This document shows positions 59,478-64,000 of a DNA stretch of 64,000 bases, piece after piece (position 1 is the stretch's first letter; each line of letters begins with the position of its first letter). This DNA comes from an uncultured Methylomirabilota bacterium (lineage in GTDB: Bacteria > Methylomirabilota > Methylomirabilia > Methylomirabilales > 2-02-FULL-66-22). The position numbers and the translations under genes were made by a program. The DNA is taken from the NCBI GenBank assembly GCA_963705305.1, contig OY970067.1, positions 864,001 to 928,000 on the forward strand, read 5' to 3'. Under the pieces are notes generated by a model, which had not been told where the DNA came from, made no database searches, and worked only from the letters and a program-made list of their open reading frames with translations.

Positions 59478-60545
59478 ATGGAGTACCGGAAGGTCGGGCG
59501 GACGGGGCTAAAGGTGTCGGCGTTCTGTCTGGGGACGATGACGTTCGGTCGTCAGGTGAATGAGCAGGAGTCCCTGCGGATCATTCAGCGAGCCATCGAC
59601 GCGGGGGTCAACTTCATCGACACCGCCGACATGTACGACAACGGCGGGACAGAGTTGATTGTCGGGAAAGCGATCCATGGGATGCGGGACTCGCTTGTCA
59701 TCGCGTCGAAGGCGGGGCATATCCGACGATTGGGAAAGAAGTATGGCGAGCAGAAGATCGCGGGCCCGATCGATCTGCCGCGGCCACGGGCCTTCCATCC
59801 CTGGCCGGCAGGCGAAGACATCAGTCCGAACGACACGGGCCTCTCACGGAAGAATATGATGAAGGCGATCGAGGGGATCCTGCAACGCCTCCGTACCGAT
59901 TACCTCGACATATACTATGCCCACATGCCGGACTATGACACGCCTCTCGACGAAACTCTCCGCGCCATGGATGACCTTGTGCGTCAGGGAAAGGTCAGAT
60001 ATCTGGGCTGCTCTAACTTCCGTGCATTCCAGCTCTGCAAAGCGCTCTGGATCAGTGACTCGCACAATCTCGCCCGCTGGGACATCATCCAGCCGCCCTT
60101 CAACTTACTCGCCCGAGATATCGAGTACGAACTGCTACCGCTCTGCCTCGAGGAAGGCGTCGGTGTCGCAGTGTTCAGTCCCATGGCCGCCGGGTTCCTC
60201 TCGGGCAAGTACGAGAAGGGGAAGCCGCCGATCGAGGGGCGACGGTTCGCCCTGTCGTCGCGGGGGTTCCGCTACAATGAGAAATTCTGGACGGACATCG
60301 ATTTCGAGGCTGTGGTTAAGCTGAGGAAGATTGCAACGGACCACGGCAGGAGCTTGTCCCAATTTGCCCTCGCGTGGGTGCTAAACAAAAGGGGGATTAC
60401 CTCAATCGTTTGCGGCGCAAGCGCCATCGAGCAGCTAGATGAGAATTTGACGGCGGTCGGAATCCGGCTTTCGCAGGAGGAACTCGACGCATGCGATGAA
60501 GTGTGGCATGAAATCCATCCCCCGCGATTGTTTTACGGAAGGTAG
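59478..60545 (+). CDS. Aldo/keto reductase
   Basis: LGTMTFG, IDTADMY, ASK, DIYYAH, GKVRYLGCSN. Confidence 0.92.
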   Translation: MEYRKVGRTGLKVSAFCLGTMTFGRQVNEQESLRIIQRAIDAGVNFIDTADMYDNGGTELIVGKAIHGMRDSLVIASKAGHIRRLGKKYGEQKIAGPIDLPRPRAFHPWPAGEDISPNDTGLSRKNMMKAIEGILQRLRTDYLDIYYAHMPDYDTPLDETLRAMDDLVRQGKVRYLGCSNFRAFQLCKALWISDSHNLARWDIIQPPFNLLARDIEYELLPLCLEEGVGVAVFSPMAAGFLSGKYEKGKPPIEGRRFALSSRGFRYNEKFWTDIDFEAVVKLRKIATDHGRSLSQFALAWVLNKRGITSIVCGASAIEQLDENLTAVGIRLSQEELDACDEVWHEIHPPRLFYGR

Positions 60546-60899
60546 CGGCGCACGCGATAGCGACGAAACGGAAGACAACACCAGGCCCAGAGATGTCGTG
60601 CTGGCCATCGGCACAGTGACTTTCTCCTTGTGGAGTGTTACTTTAAAGATACTGCCGCCCGTCTTGTGCAAGTCTCCACACATTGTTGTTGGACGGATCG
60701 AATGTTGCACTACCTCCGATTGACTCATGGAAGTGTGAAAGAAAGGGGGCGAATGCGACCTGATGCGCCAGAAATTGGACCGGGGTGCTTCCGTTAGGAA
60801 GCTCTCGGCCGTCGGCCAGCATCAATCGCGTCATCCGCAGGCCAAGGAGGCCCACCGCGTGGGTGTGAAGAGTCTCTTGTCCGGCTGAAGGAGTTGTTA

Positions 60900-62414
60900 A
60901 TGGTGAAACGACTACAGTGCTTGATAAGCGGGGAATGGCAAGATAGCCAGGGCGGCAAATACCTGTCAGTGCATAACCCGAGCACCGGTGAGATCATGGC
61001 CGAGGTCCCCCGGTGCTCTGCTGGCGAGGTGGATGCGGCCGTCCAGGCGGCAGCTGACGCCTTCCCTGCCTGGCGCGACACGCCGGTCACTCGGCGGGTT
61101 CATGTGATGTTCAAATTCCGAGAGCTTCTTAATCACCACTTGCACGACCTTGCGATCCTTCTGGCCACTGAGATGGGGAAGACGTATACGGAAGCCCGAG
61201 GGGACGTGTTGAAGGCAATCGAGGTCGTCGAACTGGCTTGCGGGATCCCGGCCATGATGCAGGGCGACGCGCTGATGAACGTGTCCGCGGGATTCGATAC
61301 AGTAAGTTACCGCGAGCCCCTCGGCGTCTGCGTAGGTATTGCCCCCTGGAACTTCCCAGCGATGATTCCCATGGGCTGGATGACTCCTCTCGCGCTGACC
61401 ACGGGAAACACCTACGTCCTGAAAGCGGCCAGCTTCGTCCCGCAGACAGCCATGCGCATGGCCGAGTTCCTGCTCCAGTCCGGACTCCCAGCGGGAGTAT
61501 TCAATCTGGTGACCGCAGGCCGCGCGGAGGCAGAGTTGCTGCTAAGCCACCCCCGGGTACGAGGGGTGACGTTCGTTGGATCGACCAGTGTTGGCCAGCA
61601 CGTCTACGCGGTTGGGGCAGCGCACGGAAAGCGCGTGCAGTGCCTGACAGAGGCCAAGAACCATGCCCTCGTCTTGCGAGACGCCCCGATCCGGGCGACG
61701 GCTCAGCGCATCATCAACTCAGCCTTCGGGTGTGCGGGCGAGCGCTGTATGGCACTCCCGGTCATTGCGGTCGAGGAACCGATCGCGGACGAACTTGTCG
61801 CGACGATCTGCGCCTTCGCAAAGCAGCGGAAACTCGGGCCAGCCTGGGAGGAGGCCACCGAACTCGGGCCGCTTGCCACCGGTGAGCACAAGGCCTTCGT
61901 GCTCGACTGGATCAAGAGATCTCTCGAAGAGGGCGCAAGGCTGGTCCTAGACGGCCGCGGCGTCTCCGTCCCCGGCTGCGAGGGTGGCTACTTCCTCGGG
62001 CCGACCGTCTTCGATCATGTGACTCCAGAGATGCGCTGCGGGTGGGAGGAGGTATTCGGCCCCGTCCTGTATGTCAAGCGGGTCCAGGGATTCGAGGAGG
62101 GCGTGGAATTGATCAACGCCAGCGCCTTCGCCAACGGCGCTTCTATCTTCACGCGGAGCGGCCATTACGCCCGGGAATTCGCCCGACGCATCGACGGCGG
62201 AATGGTTGGGATCAACGTGGGGATTCCCGTTCCCTTCGCTGCTTTTCCCTTCTGCGGGCACAAGCAGAGTTTCTTCGGTGACCTCCATGTCTTGGGGATG
62301 GACGGTATCGCGTTCTTCACGGAAACCAAGGCTGTCACCAGCTACTGGTTTGGCGACGCAGACCTGAAAGGCGAGCAGGTAGGCACGTGGGAAGGGACGG
62401 TTAGCCGCTCCTGA
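60900..62414 (+). CDS. mmsA: CoA-acylating (methyl)malonate-semialdehyde dehydrogenase
   Basis: PWNFPAMIP, FVGST, AKNH, AFGCAGERCMA, EEVFGP, GMVGINVGIPVP. Confidence 0.9.
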   Translation: MVKRLQCLISGEWQDSQGGKYLSVHNPSTGEIMAEVPRCSAGEVDAAVQAAADAFPAWRDTPVTRRVHVMFKFRELLNHHLHDLAILLATEMGKTYTEARGDVLKAIEVVELACGIPAMMQGDALMNVSAGFDTVSYREPLGVCVGIAPWNFPAMIPMGWMTPLALTTGNTYVLKAASFVPQTAMRMAEFLLQSGLPAGVFNLVTAGRAEAELLLSHPRVRGVTFVGSTSVGQHVYAVGAAHGKRVQCLTEAKNHALVLRDAPIRATAQRIINSAFGCAGERCMALPVIAVEEPIADELVATICAFAKQRKLGPAWEEATELGPLATGEHKAFVLDWIKRSLEEGARLVLDGRGVSVPGCEGGYFLGPTVFDHVTPEMRCGWEEVFGPVLYVKRVQGFEEGVELINASAFANGASIFTRSGHYAREFARRIDGGMVGINVGIPVPFAAFPFCGHKQSFFGDLHVLGMDGIAFFTETKAVTSYWFGDADLKGEQVGTWEGTVSRS

Positions 62415-62732
62415 TTGGCTCGATAAAGGCGCTCGGCTACAGCTTCGACAAGAGGGACCTTGAGCGTCTGTCCTACATCCCAAGCGGATACGTCGACAAC
62501 GAGAACAGGGAACGGCGTATACAGGATTTGCTCACGCAGATCCTGGAGGGCACCCGGACGTTCCCCGTGCCGATAGGCCAGCCACCGGGACCGACGAATC
62601 CCTTCCCGCCTCCCCCATAACCCGGTGAGGAGCTTGGAGGAAACCTTCCGGCGTCCTCAATCACGTCTACCCGCCTGTGGTCGGCAATGATCTCGTCTCT
62701 CGATAGCTAATCTATCGATTCTAATGGAATCC

Positions 62733-63018
62733 GGGACGTTGCCATGTATGGCATGTTGCGTGAGGATAGCGTCACCATGGCCTGCCAGGCGCGCCTCGGC
62801 GTGCTGGCGCCGGCCGTCTGCCAGGCCGTCGGCCTGTTGGCCGATTCTCTTTGGAGCGGTGGCCGACGTGCGCCGGTGCACGGCGATCCGTCGGCGCCAG
62901 GCAGTGTGCCGACAGCCCGATGGAGGTCGGGGTGCCGCGTGAGCGAACCGTCTCACGGTGGTTATGGATGCAGGGACAAGACGAATTCCCTTGCACGTGA
63001 CGAACATGGCAACGTCCC
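62733..63018 (+). mobile_element. Internally deleted element with 15-bp terminal inverted repeats
   Basis: GGGACGTTGCCATGT (62733-62747) and ACATGGCAACGTCCC (63004-63018); interior reads MACQARL...AVCQAVG...SGGRRAPV, reminiscent of the termini of Y1/HUH transposases. Confidence 0.55.
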
Positions 63019-63029
63019 CTATTACACCT

Positions 63030-63244
63030 ATTACACGCACATCTCCCTGACCGCCGTCGCCGAGGGGCTGGGCAGCGGCATCATCGGCTTTGGCGGGGAG
63101 GAGAAGAAGGCCGTGGAGGCCCTCCTGGGGCTGCCCGCCGGCTACGAACTGGTCTGTATCATGAAGTTCGGGGTGCCCGCAGGGCCCGTCACGAAACCGC
63201 CGATGCGACGCGAATTCAGCTGGCTGCACACGAACACGTTCTAG
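63030..63244 (+). pseudogene. Nitroreductase C-terminal fragment
   Basis: ISLTAVAEGLGSGII...LLGLP...LVCIMKFGVP; no N-terminal half upstream. Confidence 0.65.
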
Positions 63245-63346
63245 CGGCAGGGGACCGGGGCCCTGGCCAGGGCCTGGCCGCTCTCGGGCCGCCAGGCCGG
63301 GGCAGCAGTCGCAATCGCCTGGAGGGAGCCTGGAGACGAGCCCGCG

Positions 63347-63610
63347 ATGCCCACGATTGTGACGTACACGGATGCGAAACCTCCCATCAATCGCTTCCCC
63401 CGGCGGATCATCTCACCCACGCGCTCGGGCCCCTGCTGCTTCTCGGCGATGGAGGACCTCGGGCCGGTCCGGCACGCGGACCGGTACGAGTACGCCTACC
63501 GGCGCTGCCGGACCTGTGGGTTCACGGTGCGGGTGATCGTACGCTCCCTGCCCGACCAAGTGCGGATCGCCAAACTCCAGAAGCTCTTCGCCACCGCGCT
63601 CAGCCGGTAG
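63347..63610 (+). CDS. Small hypothetical protein with CC and CxxC motifs
   Basis: 87 aa, GGAG RBS; GPCC...YRRCRTCGFT. Confidence 0.65.
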   Translation: MPTIVTYTDAKPPINRFPRRIISPTRSGPCCFSAMEDLGPVRHADRYEYAYRRCRTCGFTVRVIVRSLPDQVRIAKLQKLFATALSR

Positions 63611-63830
63611 CCTGCGAGCGGCGCCCCTGGTTTGGCCACTGACCCTCGCGTTGGAAGCCAGCCTCACCCATCTGGAGACCACTGTCGCGGGTCCCGGCGA
63701 CTTGCCGGATCGCCCCCGCCCCCTTGGCTCAGTCACCGAGTCCTGGTGTGAGCCTATCCGTAAGCAACCGGCTTCTCCGAAAGCCACCAGACCCGTGGTC
63801 TCCGGCCCGAGGGCGCTTCGAAGCCATCAT

Positions 63831-63874
63831 AAACAACCGTCTCCCTTGAAAACAACCGACCGGTTGTTTACACC
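63831..63874. promoter_or_regulatory. Operator-like palindrome
   Basis: AAACAACCG-AC-CGGTTGTTT (63850-63869) plus an extra half-site at 63831-63839. Confidence 0.55.
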
Positions 63875-64000
63875 GCGGCGCTCCCTCTGGTCTGAATTTC
63901 GTTCCCATCCGGCCCCTATAGGGGCGGGGTGGAAAATCCAAAAATCGCCGCTCGCCAACTCATTCCCCGGGCCATCCTCAATCTTCTTGTCGAAGTCTCC

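Noticed and set aside
60546..60890. Riboswitch or ncRNA in long intergenic gaps (also 1880-2200, 4210-4830, 51940-52290)
   Set aside because: I recognised no conserved aptamer motif; an Infernal/Rfam scan would be needed to exclude one.
62470..62600. Possible gene fragment (YIPSGYVD...RIQDLL)
   Set aside because: Too short, with no start or recognisable family.
62744..63244. 166-aa gene from the track
   Set aside because: A chimera of mobile-element remnant and nitroreductase tail.

Overview
GC-rich bacterial chromosomal segment, mostly metabolic and transport genes; no rRNA, intact tRNA or CRISPR array seen. My guess at the source, from repeat style and gene content only, is an uncultured Methylomirabilota-like or deltaproteobacteria-like organism. 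Contents in order: galU (cut by the window edge) with a glucuronokinase-like GHMP kinase; an approximately 9 kb minus-strand operon (split UxaA/SuyAB-like lyase, CooF, a CooS-like protein, FAD/NAD oxidoreductase, two uncharacterised Cys-rich proteins, SDR, URO-D-family protein, YhcH); a NitT/TauT ABC system with a DapA-like aldolase and a frameshifted flavin oxidoreductase; a molybdopterin oxidoreductase; an acyl-CoA ligase-ACP-acyltransferase fusion; a peptide ABC system; glgD-like plus glgC; split fumarase; def; and a more AT-rich catabolic island (amidohydrolase, Liv ABC, AKR, MmsA) bounded by a decayed tRNA-like att sequence and IS remnants. The two strongest candidates for an undescribed system: (1) a stand-alone GIY-YIG nuclease gene enclosed by inverted 28-bp palindromic repeats whose copies are scattered through the window, an arrangement like RAYT/REP but with a different enzyme; (2) a pseudo-CODH that keeps its B-cluster cysteines but has lost all Ni-Fe C-cluster ligands, inside a possible sulfonate or sugar-acid catabolic redox operon. 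A MITE family inserted exactly at stop codons, with CTAG/CTAA duplications, is also present. All protein calls come from motif recognition by eye, not from database searches.
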